Virus record (IMG/VR): IMGVR_UViG_3300050015_000917
Span: 58,426-78,425 of that record
DNA from: an uncultured virus (IMG/VR IMGVR_UViG_3300050015_000917)
Taxonomy: Duplodnaviria; Heunggongvirae; Uroviricota; Caudoviricetes
DNA: 20,000 nt
Reading direction: 5' to 3' (one strand)
Part shown: piece after piece, positions 8,187 to 16,912 of the stretch
Position numbering within the stretch: the stretch's first letter is position 1
Layout: every line of letters starts with the position of its first letter
Notes under the pieces: model-generated
Databases searched by the model: none
What the model was told of the DNA's origin: nothing
The model's input: the letters and a program-made list of their open reading frames with translations, nothing else
Made by a program: the position numbers and the translations under genes

Positions 8187-9155
8187 ATGAAACATGTAAA
8201 AGAATCCTTAGGCCAATATCTCGATTGGCAATTTTTCTCAGTTCTAGAAGCTAAGAAAGAAGAACCTGTCGATGAGAAAAAGATGAAATCTGAAGAAGAA
8301 ACAGAGGGACTTGATGTAATTAAGAAACTTCAGGATAATCTTGAAAGATTTAAATCTGCTGCAGGGGATAAAATTATTAAATATAAAGAATTTTGGCAAG
8401 AAAATCAAGAGGCTAAAGATAAATTTGATGAAGGAGGTTCTCTTTATAAACTTTTCGATAGCGACTATGTAGTTGGAGTTCTTAATCTTCCTGATGAAGC
8501 TTTGAGTGAAGAAGAAATTAATGCTCAAATTGAAGCAGTGGACAAAGAAAAAGAGGGTGAAGAAAAAGAAGAGGGTGAAGAACACGAAGAATCTGAAACT
8601 TCAGAAGAAGAAAAAAAGGAACCAGAAGAACCTGAAGAAAAAGAAATTAAAGAAAGCCTTAATGAAGAAGAAGGTTTAGATCTAGAATTGGATGAAAAAC
8701 CCGAGGAAGAAAAAGATACCTTTGATCAACCTGAATTAGGTGGGGAAGAAGAAACTCCTGAATTTGCTGAACCAGAAGGTGAAGTAGCTCCAGAAGAACT
8801 TGGTGATGAAGTAACCCCAGAAGGTGAAGAACTTGCTGGAGAAGAAACTCCAGAGGGTGAAAAAGAAACCCCAGAGGACGAAGATTTTGAATCCAAACCT
8901 GAAACAAAAGAATTTTTTGCAGTATTTGATATGAGTGGAAGCGAAAGAGAAGAAGTTTACAGAACTGATAATCCATCAGTTATAAAACAATTTACTGATT
9001 TCTTTGAAAATTCCTTTAAATCCTCTATGAAAGAACAAATAGCTAAATTTAAACAAGTTCAGGAAGATAAACATGCTGAAGCTGAAAATAAAGCTAAGGA
9101 AAAACAAAGAGAAGAACGAAAAGGTAAACTCGATATTTTCCTCAAAAAAGCATAA
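8187..9155 (+). CDS. highly acidic Glu-rich protein, possible prohead core/scaffold or internal protein
   Basis: 322 aa with a long E/P-rich low-complexity centre (E[E/V]TPEGE-type repeats) and VLEA / SLNE sites. Confidence 0.8.
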   Translation: MKHVKESLGQYLDWQFFSVLEAKKEEPVDEKKMKSEEETEGLDVIKKLQDNLERFKSAAGDKIIKYKEFWQENQEAKDKFDEGGSLYKLFDSDYVVGVLNLPDEALSEEEINAQIEAVDKEKEGEEKEEGEEHEESETSEEEKKEPEEPEEKEIKESLNEEEGLDLELDEKPEEEKDTFDQPELGGEEETPEFAEPEGEVAPEELGDEVTPEGEELAGEETPEGEKETPEDEDFESKPETKEFFAVFDMSGSEREEVYRTDNPSVIKQFTDFFENSFKSSMKEQIAKFKQVQEDKHAEAENKAKEKQREERKGKLDIFLKKA

Positions 9156-9604
9156 TGATCGTAAAAGAATCTATAGAATTTCAAAGAGGGGGTGAAGACC
9201 CTCTTAAAAATATGAGGATAGGGATGTCCGATGTTGTCCAAAAAAGATTACTTGAAGCTGGTATAGGCCAGGAGGAATTGGAAAAAACAAAATCTGATTT
9301 GGAAGAACTTTCTCGTTGGACAACTGGAAGAAAAGAAGATCCAAAAGCCGGAAAAGAATTAAGTAGTGCATTTAATAAACATTTTGATGAAGCAGATAAA
9401 CGAACAGATAGGAGTTTCTATTCTAATCCGGAAGCTAGAATATTTGTAAAAAATCTTATTTTCAAAGTAAGAGAAGATAATAATTATATTGATATAGATG
9501 ATGTGATTGGAAATTATATTATATTCATGGAAAAATTTGAACCCGATCCAAATTGGTTTAAAGAAATGCTAGATGGATTACTATATGATGTTCAAATGTA
9601 TTAA
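9155..9604 (+). CDS. hypothetical protein with an N-terminal ES.F.RG...M.IG motif
   Basis: 149 aa ORF, TAATG coupling with the upstream gene, begins MIVKESIEFQRGGEDPLKNMRIG. Confidence 0.8.
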   Translation: MIVKESIEFQRGGEDPLKNMRIGMSDVVQKRLLEAGIGQEELEKTKSDLEELSRWTTGRKEDPKAGKELSSAFNKHFDEADKRTDRSFYSNPEARIFVKNLIFKVREDNNYIDIDDVIGNYIIFMEKFEPDPNWFKEMLDGLLYDVQMY

Positions 9605-9627
9605 AAGGAGAAATTTCTCCTTTTTTT
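9603..9627 (+). terminator. Rho-independent terminator
   Basis: Perfect inverted repeat AAAAGGAGAAA/TTTCTCCTTTT with a T7 run directly after the stop codon. Confidence 0.75.
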
Positions 9628-9630
9628 GTG

Positions 9631-9657
9631 AAACTATTTTAAATTTGCTGATATAAT
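9631..9657 (+). promoter_or_regulatory. putative promoter of the glycan operon
   Basis: AAACT-N15-ATATAA(T), containing TATAAT at 9652-9657, between the terminator and ATG 9710. Confidence 0.4.
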
Positions 9658-9709
9658 ATCCAAACACAATAACATAGATGATTTTATTAGAAATTATAAT
9701 ATTTAAAAT

Positions 9710-10063
9710 ATGACAGAAACAGATTTAAGATTTGCTTTTCATATGGACACTGGTAGTTTGCCAATGTGGTCTTATGATTATTGGATGCAAAAAGTTTTAA
9801 ACCATGGACATCCAACTTCAGAATATGGTCAATGGTTAGAAGAACATGCTGGAAATCCCCGGTGGATTCAGCGAGCATATCAATTTCAAAATCATCATGC
9901 TCCGATTTATCAAGCAAAAAAGAAATCCTATTATAAAAGTGGACGTAGAAAATATTATCAATGGGGGATTCAAAATATCTATGAAGCTTCTTATTGTTAT
10001 TGGCTTGAACAAAGAATCCTGGATAAATATCCGGAAGTTATCAAAAACATATTACATATATGA
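9710..10063 (+). CDS. hypothetical protein with an internal duplication
   Basis: 117 aa. EYGQWLEE and SYCYWLEQ end two similar halves. ATGA overlap with the next gene. Confidence 0.75.
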   Translation: MTETDLRFAFHMDTGSLPMWSYDYWMQKVLNHGHPTSEYGQWLEEHAGNPRWIQRAYQFQNHHAPIYQAKKKSYYKSGRRKYYQWGIQNIYEASYCYWLEQRILDKYPEVIKNILHI

Positions 10064-10794
10064 GCTTAATTAATGAAAAATACGAAAAAGTAGTTTGTAT
10101 ATCTTTAAAAGAACGAGAAGACAAATTTGATTATATGCATTTTCAATTTGAAACTCATGATATTGAAGCAGAATTCTTTCGTCCTGTTATTCCAGGATAT
10201 GCAAAAGCTCTTATAGAACCTTATAACGTAAAATATAATTCTCCAGATGGTAGGAAAGTTCGGTTTAATCCTGCTTTTCCAAATGAACTCGGAGCATTAC
10301 AATCTCATTATCATGTAATTAAAACAGCTTTGCTTGAAGGAGTTAAAAGTCTTTTTATATTTGAAGATGATTGCGCATTTTCCAAGAATTGGGAAACCCT
10401 GCTTCCGAAATATATGGATACTATTCCAGAAGATGCAGATGGAATTCTTTTATATTCCTATATGTCTGCGTTTCAACCCGAAAATACTCGAGTTAAGCCA
10501 AGATGGGTAAAAGGATTTGCTTCTTGGTCAATTCTTGCGTATGGGATGAATCGCGGATCAATGGAAAGATATATTGCAATTGCAGATGCTCAGCCAATGA
10601 TTGCAGATAGTATTACATTGTTTATGATGACAAATTTAGGATTTAATTTCTATATTGCAACACCTCCTCTTGTAATTCCAACAAAAGAGCTTACATCGAA
10701 TATAAGAGGGGAAAATAAGAATTATGGACAAACCCCAATGGTTGGAGGTGGAAATATATTCATGCTAGGAATCGATGAAAAAAACTATGAATAA
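10060..10794 (+). CDS. glycosyltransferase family 25
   Basis: VVCISLKEREDK, ELGALQSHYHVIK and FIFEDDC are GT25 (LgtB/Lic2A-type) motifs. Confidence 0.85.
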   Translation: MSLINEKYEKVVCISLKEREDKFDYMHFQFETHDIEAEFFRPVIPGYAKALIEPYNVKYNSPDGRKVRFNPAFPNELGALQSHYHVIKTALLEGVKSLFIFEDDCAFSKNWETLLPKYMDTIPEDADGILLYSYMSAFQPENTRVKPRWVKGFASWSILAYGMNRGSMERYIAIADAQPMIADSITLFMMTNLGFNFYIATPPLVIPTKELTSNIRGENKNYGQTPMVGGGNIFMLGIDEKNYE

Positions 10795-10966
10795 ATTATT
10801 TAGATTAGGAAATGGCCCTATTGCTGGTGTTTGCGCAGGTATTGGTAGTTATACAAATATGGATCCAGTATTATGGAGAATTATTTTTGTATTGGGAACA
10901 CTATTTACAGGATTTCCGTTTATATTATTTTATATTATATGCTGGATTGTAGTACCCGAAGAATGA
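10787..10966 (+). CDS. PspC-domain membrane protein
   Basis: KLFR...IAGVCAGIG.Y...DPVLWRIIFV...YIICWIVVPEE is the PspC signature. Start probably ATG 10787. Confidence 0.85.
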   Translation: MNKLFRLGNGPIAGVCAGIGSYTNMDPVLWRIIFVLGTLFTGFPFILFYIICWIVVPEE

Positions 10967-11322
10967 AAGAGGAAATAATTGAAAAAGTTCAAGATTGCAA
11001 ACTTGTGTTTGAAGAGCATGAGGATCAAGGGTGTGATTGTTGGGGAAAAACTTACTGGTATACTCGACAATTTGTGTGGATTGATGATAAGAAAGAACAA
11101 TGTTTCGATGATTGGTATGTCATCCACGATGGAAAAAACGTCAAAGAAGTTGTTACTGAAGATGGTTTAAAATGGCGTAAAGAAAAAGAAGAGCAAAAGC
11201 AAAAGACTAAAGAACATCTAGAAAAAACAGGATTTGAAACTCCAAGAGAATATGCAGCATATTTAAAAGGAAAAAATGAAACATTACAGCAACAAATAAA
11301 ACCTCTTCCATGGATAAGTTAA
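10963..11322 (+). CDS. hypothetical protein
   Basis: Start revised to ATG 10963 (MKEEIIEK...), which has an ATGA overlap with the PspC stop. Confidence 0.7.
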   Translation: MKEEIIEKVQDCKLVFEEHEDQGCDCWGKTYWYTRQFVWIDDKKEQCFDDWYVIHDGKNVKEVVTEDGLKWRKEKEEQKQKTKEHLEKTGFETPREYAAYLKGKNETLQQQIKPLPWIS

Positions 11323-12164
11323 AAATATGGTTTGCCGATTTTTGGCCTGAGTGGAAAGATGAAGATTTTATAAGTCCTATTCTTAAAAACCATTTCGAAG
11401 TAGTTTTGGATAAGGAGCATCCCGATGTTTTATTTCATTCTATTTTTAATAAGATGGTTGAAGCACCGAAATATAAATGCAAGAAAGTTTTAATACTTGC
11501 AGAAAATTGGAGACCTTCTCAATTTCAAACTAATTATAGTATTAGTTTTGATCCTCATTCTACAACTAATTATAGATTACCTCTATGGCAAGTTTATATT
11601 TTACTAAAACCCGAGCTAAGAGAAAGACTTTATAATCGATTGAACCGGAAAGAAGAACAGTTTGAACAATGGTGTGCATTTACGGTTTCGAATCCTTCTA
11701 ATTTTATGAGAAATTCGGCTTTTCAGCAATTGAGCCAATATAAATCTATAAAATCTTATGGACGATGCTTGACAAATGATTTTGCTTTACAAAAAGCCTC
11801 TGAAGGAAGATATTGGAGGGATGCTAAGGATGAATTCTTTTTGAAACGTCCTCATAAATTCATGATGGCTTATGAAAATACGCCATATAGATATTATTGT
11901 ACAGAAAAACTTATGGATGCTTTTCTTGCAGGTGCAATGCCAATATATTGCGGGGATCCAAGAGTTGGAGAAGATTGGAACAAAGGAGCTTTTATCGATG
12001 TTACAAGAGGGAGATTTCCTGATGTTGTACAAAAAATGGATCAAAACCCAGAGAGATTTAAAGCTTTTTACGAAGAACCTGTATTTACAGATGAACAAAA
12101 ACATAGCTTGGAGTGGAATTTATCCAACTTTGAAGAATGGTTAGTTGAAATAGTTAAAAAATAA
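11310..12164 (+). CDS. GT10 alpha-1,3/4-fucosyltransferase-like protein
   Basis: KFMMAYEN...YYCTEKLMDAFLAGAMPIYCG is the GT10 alpha-1,3 motif. Also CAFTVSNP and a Helicobacter FucT-like N-terminus (ENWRP, ISFD, YRLPLW). Confidence 0.88.
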   Translation: MDKLKIWFADFWPEWKDEDFISPILKNHFEVVLDKEHPDVLFHSIFNKMVEAPKYKCKKVLILAENWRPSQFQTNYSISFDPHSTTNYRLPLWQVYILLKPELRERLYNRLNRKEEQFEQWCAFTVSNPSNFMRNSAFQQLSQYKSIKSYGRCLTNDFALQKASEGRYWRDAKDEFFLKRPHKFMMAYENTPYRYYCTEKLMDAFLAGAMPIYCGDPRVGEDWNKGAFIDVTRGRFPDVVQKMDQNPERFKAFYEEPVFTDEQKHSLEWNLSNFEEWLVEIVKK

Positions 12165-12168
12165 AAAT

Positions 12169-12711
12169 ATGTATTGGGAAAATGTAGAAGGGTCTTTTAC
12201 CTTTCAGATTCTTTATAGTAACATGGTTCAGAAATTTAGCAATGGTTCGACTTTTATTGAAATAGGAACTTGGAAAGGAAGATCTGCCATTTATATGGCT
12301 GAAAAAATAAAAGAATCCGGTAAGAAAATACTCTTTTATACAGTTGATCTTTTCAATGGAGAATGCGGATACGAAAATGAACCAGATACAAAAGCAGGAA
12401 CACTTTATGAAGTGTTTACAAAAAATATCGAACCAGTTAAATCCTATATTCAACCCCTTAGAGGAGATAGCAAAATACTTCATAAGGATTTTAAAGATGA
12501 ATCTATTGATTTTCTTTTTATAGATGGAGATCATGAATATTCCGGAATTAAAGCAGATTTAAAACTCTGGTTCCCTAAAATTAAAAATGGAGGTATTATT
12601 GCAGGCCATGATTATAACGAACCCTCCTGCGGAGTTCATCAAGCTGTTGATGAATATTTTTCTTTTGGAGCTCAATCATATCTTGGGGGATGTTGGATAT
12701 TTTATAAATAA
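12169..12711 (+). CDS. class I SAM-dependent methyltransferase (Methyltransf_24-like)
   Basis: FIEIGTWKGRS, IDFLFIDGDHEY and GGIIAGHDY. Confidence 0.88.
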   Translation: MYWENVEGSFTFQILYSNMVQKFSNGSTFIEIGTWKGRSAIYMAEKIKESGKKILFYTVDLFNGECGYENEPDTKAGTLYEVFTKNIEPVKSYIQPLRGDSKILHKDFKDESIDFLFIDGDHEYSGIKADLKLWFPKIKNGGIIAGHDYNEPSCGVHQAVDEYFSFGAQSYLGGCWIFYK

Positions 12712-12715
12712 AAAT

Positions 12716-13384
12716 ATGCTTTACGATGTTGCAATTTTAATCAATCTTGAAAGAAGAGAGGATAGAGCAAAAAGAGTTATTGATCATCTCAAAAAAAGAG
12801 GAGTTCAAAATCTTTTAATTTATCCTGCTTTTGATGGAAAGTTAATAGCTAATATAAAAATAACCCCGTCCAAAAGGAATTATTTTTCTTGGACTACAAT
12901 GAATATGAATGTTGCAGCATGCGCATTTTCTCATATTGCCGGATTAAAGATGGCTAAATCTCTAGGATATAAAAAAGTTTTAATGCTTGAGGATGATGTT
13001 GTTCTTTCAAAGGATTTTAATCAGCGAATGGAAATTTATGAAAAAGAAGTAGAAAATTTAGATTGGGAACATCTTTTTATTGGGGGAGCAATTAGAAGAC
13101 CTACAGAAATGAAGAAGATTTCAGATCATGTTTGGACTTCTTCTTTTACAGATTGCACTCATGCTTATATAGTTAAAGAAACAGGAATAAAAAAAGTAGC
13201 AGATGAAATGCTCAAGTTTAATACTACAGTAGATGATGCTGTTAATGATATTATACTTAATAAAACTCTAAGATCCTATACATTTTTGCCATTAACTGCA
13301 TTTCAAATAGCAGATCTTTCTGATATTGATGGACAATTTAGAGCAAGAATAGATACTATGCAATATTATCAAGAAACCTTATAA
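12716..13384 (+). CDS. glycosyltransferase family 25
   Basis: LINLERREDR, AFDG, ACAFSH, LMLEDDV and THAYIV. Start revised to ATG 12716. Confidence 0.88.
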   Translation: MLYDVAILINLERREDRAKRVIDHLKKRGVQNLLIYPAFDGKLIANIKITPSKRNYFSWTTMNMNVAACAFSHIAGLKMAKSLGYKKVLMLEDDVVLSKDFNQRMEIYEKEVENLDWEHLFIGGAIRRPTEMKKISDHVWTSSFTDCTHAYIVKETGIKKVADEMLKFNTTVDDAVNDIILNKTLRSYTFLPLTAFQIADLSDIDGQFRARIDTMQYYQETL

Positions 13385-13394
13385 ATTTATAAAA

Positions 13395-14060
13395 ATGACT
13401 ACAAGTATCGAAGAATTGTTATCTTATTCTTTAGCAGAATTAATCTTTTATATAAGATTTTCAGCTGGCTTATCTAATCCTACTACTGGCGGAGGATTGA
13501 CGGGAATAGTAGGGGGAAAAGATAATTTACAGCTTCAACAGAATCCCGAAGAATATGCAAGGCTATTATTATTTCTCAAAGAGACTAAAGCTAAATCATA
13601 TTTAGAATTGGGGGTAGGACAAGGAGGATCTTTTTTATTATGTTCTTTATTTCAACCTGATATAAAAATTTGTCATGCTGTAGATAATTGTGATTATCAG
13701 AGAAATGCTCAGGGATTTTCAGATCAGCCTTTTTCAATACAAAATAAAGTAGAATATCTTAAAAAAGTTAAAAATATTGAAGTCCAATATTTTAATTATT
13801 TTACAGATGATTTTTTTAATCTTGGCAGAACTAACACTTATGATATTATTTTTATAGATGCTGATCATAGATATGAGGGTGTTAAAAAAGATTATGAAAA
13901 TTCATTAAAAATTTTAAATTCTAATGGATTTTTAATATTTCACGATATTGTAAATAAAGATTTGGGAGTCAAGAAATTCTGGAATGAATTAGATCCTTCT
14001 AAAAAAATACATGAATTTGTATATTCTATTAGCTGTGGTATCGGAATTTATAAACCATGA
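13395..14060 (+). CDS. class I SAM-dependent methyltransferase (Methyltransf_24-like)
   Basis: YLELGVGQGGS, IFIDADHRYEGVKKD and LIFHDI. Confidence 0.85.
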   Translation: MTTSIEELLSYSLAELIFYIRFSAGLSNPTTGGGLTGIVGGKDNLQLQQNPEEYARLLLFLKETKAKSYLELGVGQGGSFLLCSLFQPDIKICHAVDNCDYQRNAQGFSDQPFSIQNKVEYLKKVKNIEVQYFNYFTDDFFNLGRTNTYDIIFIDADHRYEGVKKDYENSLKILNSNGFLIFHDIVNKDLGVKKFWNELDPSKKIHEFVYSISCGIGIYKP

Positions 14061-14695
14061 AAATTCTTGATGTAACTTTACTTGCAATAAATATGGGTCC
14101 TAAAGTTGAGTCTATGATTAAAATTTTAGATGATACATTACAAACCATAGATGGTCATTTTCAATTTAAAAAATCTATGCTTATAACGGATAAACCCATT
14201 ACCCATTCTATTCATGAAATACGAAAATCCCGATCTTTAAATAGTTTAGCAGATCTAAATCTTTTTTGTATAAAAGAACTTCATCGTTATATAAATACCC
14301 CTCATTTTATTATTGTTCAACCTGATGGATATATTATTCATCCGGAATTATGGAATGATAAATGGTTAAATTATGATTATATAGGAGCTCCATGGCAGGA
14401 CTTAGTCATGAGAGATAAAAATAATAACCCCGGCATAGGAAATGGGGGTTTTTGTTTAAGAAGCAAAAGTTTAGCTGAATTTGTTAGTAAAAAATATCTG
14501 TTGATTCCTCTTCCATTAGTTTTTAATGAGGATGGATACTATTCAAATAAATTAAACACGGAATCCAACTTAAAATACCCTTCTGTAAAGATGGCTTTAT
14601 CTTTTAGTCAAGAAGAAATAATTGATGAAAATATTGTTCCGTTTGGTATTCACGGAGCCCCTTATTCTAATGCTTATAAATACTGGACAAAATGA
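14057..14695 (+). CDS. DUF5672-like putative glycosyltransferase
   Basis: HFIIVQPDG, YDYIGAPW, GNGGFCLRSK, NEDGYY and PFGIHG. Confidence 0.75.
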   Translation: MKILDVTLLAINMGPKVESMIKILDDTLQTIDGHFQFKKSMLITDKPITHSIHEIRKSRSLNSLADLNLFCIKELHRYINTPHFIIVQPDGYIIHPELWNDKWLNYDYIGAPWQDLVMRDKNNNPGIGNGGFCLRSKSLAEFVSKKYLLIPLPLVFNEDGYYSNKLNTESNLKYPSVKMALSFSQEEIIDENIVPFGIHGAPYSNAYKYWTK

Positions 14696-15522
14696 AAGTA
14701 ATCACTGGAGACCTTAGCGGATTTTACGCTGTTTTAACATGGCATGTACTTAGAGATTTGCGTAAATGGAAAGAGCTTAAAGGAGAAAAGGTAGGAGTTT
14801 TTTTACCGCAAAGATTTAATTTATACTGGGATCAAATAAAAGGTCCAAATGTATGGGAATATTATTATCAGCAAATAGATCTCATCGAGGGAAACATCGA
14901 GTATCTTTATGCAAAAGATATGCCGCAAGTTTTGGATTTATATCCTGGCATGAATATTCGCCAAACCTTACATGAAATATACACAAAATATATTCATTAT
15001 AATGAGATAACAAAAAAAATACTTAATAAAACATTATCATATTTCAATGACTATAATTCTATTTTAGGTTTGCATATTCGAAAAACAGATCGATATACCG
15101 AAAGTGATAAACGATTATGGCCGGTAGATGATAAAAAAGTATTTACCGTTATAGACAAAGCATTATCTGAAAATTCTTATAATAAAATATATTTAGCTAC
15201 CGATGATGCTGATATGTATAGTCTTTATATCAAAAGATATGGAAATCTAATTATTCCAACAACAAGAATAAGGGGATCCGGAAATATTTCCATACATCAT
15301 CACATGAAAGAACAATCTGGCTATATAAAAGGATTGGAAGCTATACTAGATATGGAGGCTCTTGCTCGCTGTAAATTTTTGGTAAAAGGAACTTCCAATT
15401 TATCTCAAACTAGTATGATAGTGAATATTAATCTAGAATGTTATAATACAAATAAGATTTTTAACAATGATCCAAGAGAAGAAGAATCCATGAATATTTA
15501 TTCAAAACCATATATAAAGTGA
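14692..15522 (+). CDS. NodZ/GT23/O-FucT-like fucosyltransferase
   Basis: GLHIRKTD, IYLATDD and LDMEALARCKFLVKGTSNLS correspond to motifs I-III of the alpha-1,2/alpha-1,6/O-fucosyltransferase superfamily. Confidence 0.78.
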   Translation: MKVITGDLSGFYAVLTWHVLRDLRKWKELKGEKVGVFLPQRFNLYWDQIKGPNVWEYYYQQIDLIEGNIEYLYAKDMPQVLDLYPGMNIRQTLHEIYTKYIHYNEITKKILNKTLSYFNDYNSILGLHIRKTDRYTESDKRLWPVDDKKVFTVIDKALSENSYNKIYLATDDADMYSLYIKRYGNLIIPTTRIRGSGNISIHHHMKEQSGYIKGLEAILDMEALARCKFLVKGTSNLSQTSMIVNINLECYNTNKIFNNDPREEESMNIYSKPYIK

Positions 15523-16229
15523 AAAACTCAATATACATATATGAACATTTAGGTATGGGGGATCAAATTATTTGCAATGGATTGACTAGAGTTTATGCTG
15601 ATATGTATGATCGAGTATATTTATTTGTTAAACCCAAAAATGCTAAAAATGTTATGCATATGTTTAGGGATAATGCAAAAATTGCCATTATATTAATGGA
15701 TGATTCGGATATTCATCAATTCATGCAAATTAATCCAACTAATAACTATCTAATTATTGGCCATACTAAATTACACGAGGAGTTACAAAGAGATCCGCTA
15801 GGTAGATTCGATCAAATATTTTATAAAATGGCTAATGTCAACTTTGAGGATAAATGGAATCGTTTTTATGTTGAAAGAAATTGCGAAGCAGAAAAAAATG
15901 TATATTTTAATGAATTAGATTTAAAGAAAAATGAAGAATATATCTTTGTTCATGATGATAAAGATCGCCCAATCCTGAAAGATAAACTTCCCAAAAATAT
16001 TAAAATAATAAGACCCACTAGATCTGATATAAGCATTTTTAATTTTCTTTATGCGATTGAAAGAGCAAAAGAAATTCATTGTATAGATTCTTCTTTTTTT
16101 AATTTAATCGATTGCATAAAATTAAGAAATGACGAGAATTTATTTTTTCATAAATATGTAAAAATTCATTTAGTGGGAGAAGGAGGAACTCCTACAACTA
16201 AATTAAATTGGAAAGTATTAGCTGTTTAA
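15519..16229 (+). CDS. putative GT-B glycosyltransferase (GT9-like motifs)
   Basis: HLGMGDQIICNGL and AKEIHCIDSSF resemble GT9 N- and C-terminal motifs. GTG start overlaps the previous stop. Confidence 0.55.
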   Translation: MKNSIYIYEHLGMGDQIICNGLTRVYADMYDRVYLFVKPKNAKNVMHMFRDNAKIAIILMDDSDIHQFMQINPTNNYLIIGHTKLHEELQRDPLGRFDQIFYKMANVNFEDKWNRFYVERNCEAEKNVYFNELDLKKNEEYIFVHDDKDRPILKDKLPKNIKIIRPTRSDISIFNFLYAIERAKEIHCIDSSFFNLIDCIKLRNDENLFFHKYVKIHLVGEGGTPTTKLNWKVLAV

Positions 16230-16231
16230 TT

Positions 16232-16909
16232 ATGAATAAAATAATATCTTTTTCTATTTGGGGTAAAACCCCCAAGTATGTTGAGGCAGCTTACGAGAAT
16301 CTCCTATTAGCATCTAAATATTACTCAGGTTGGACGTGTAGGTTTTACTTAGATGAAACGGTTCCCAAAAATATCGTTGAATATATGAAACGTGACGGTG
16401 CTGAAATAATAATGATGAATAAATCCGATGGATGCTATGGTCTCTTCTGGAGATTTGAGCCTCTTAAAGATGATTCCATTGAAAGATTCATCGTACGCGA
16501 TACCGATTCAAGATTAAATCCAAGAGAAGCTGATGCTGTAAAAGAATGGGAAGAAAGTGGCAAAGAATTTCATATTATGAGAGATAATGCAGTTCATAAT
16601 TTTCAAATATGCGGAGGAATGTGGGGGGCTACTTCAAAATTTATTGATAAGATAAAATTTCAATACGATAATATGTTAAATGAATATATTGGGAGTTTAA
16701 CTTTTCAGGATATTTACAAGCCCCGAGGGAAATTCTTTAACACTGATCAACCATTCTTATGGAAGTATATTTGGCCAAGAATTGTTAATACCCATATAGC
16801 TCACATTGCGAATCTCAAAGAACTGAGAATAACTGGAAATGAAAAATTATTTAGGGTTCGTAATCCCGATGGAACTTTCGTAGGACAAACAATTGAAATT
16901 AAAAACTAA
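16232..16909 (+). CDS. putative GT-A glycosyltransferase
   Basis: KIISFSIWG..PKY, FWRF, RDTDSR (DxD), HIMRD, GGMWG and DQPFL. Start revised to ATG 16232. Confidence 0.6.
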   Translation: MNKIISFSIWGKTPKYVEAAYENLLLASKYYSGWTCRFYLDETVPKNIVEYMKRDGAEIIMMNKSDGCYGLFWRFEPLKDDSIERFIVRDTDSRLNPREADAVKEWEESGKEFHIMRDNAVHNFQICGGMWGATSKFIDKIKFQYDNMLNEYIGSLTFQDIYKPRGKFFNTDQPFLWKYIWPRIVNTHIAHIANLKELRITGNEKLFRVRNPDGTFVGQTIEIKN

Positions 16910-16912
16910 GAT

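Noticed and set aside
8690..8880. CCAGAAGGTGAA-type repeats
   Set aside because: Coding low-complexity repeats (PEGE) of the acidic protein.
10060..10080. MSLINE at the GT25 N-terminus as a capsid-targeting cleavage site
   Set aside because: Too short, and compatible with an ordinary GT25 N-terminus.
8244..12534. ORFs 8244..8585, 8659..8976, 9059..9241, 9687..9917, 9846..10073, 10930..11127, 10979..11170, 11787..12104, 11872..12144, 12154..12534
   Set aside because: Antisense or alternate-frame overlaps of better genes.
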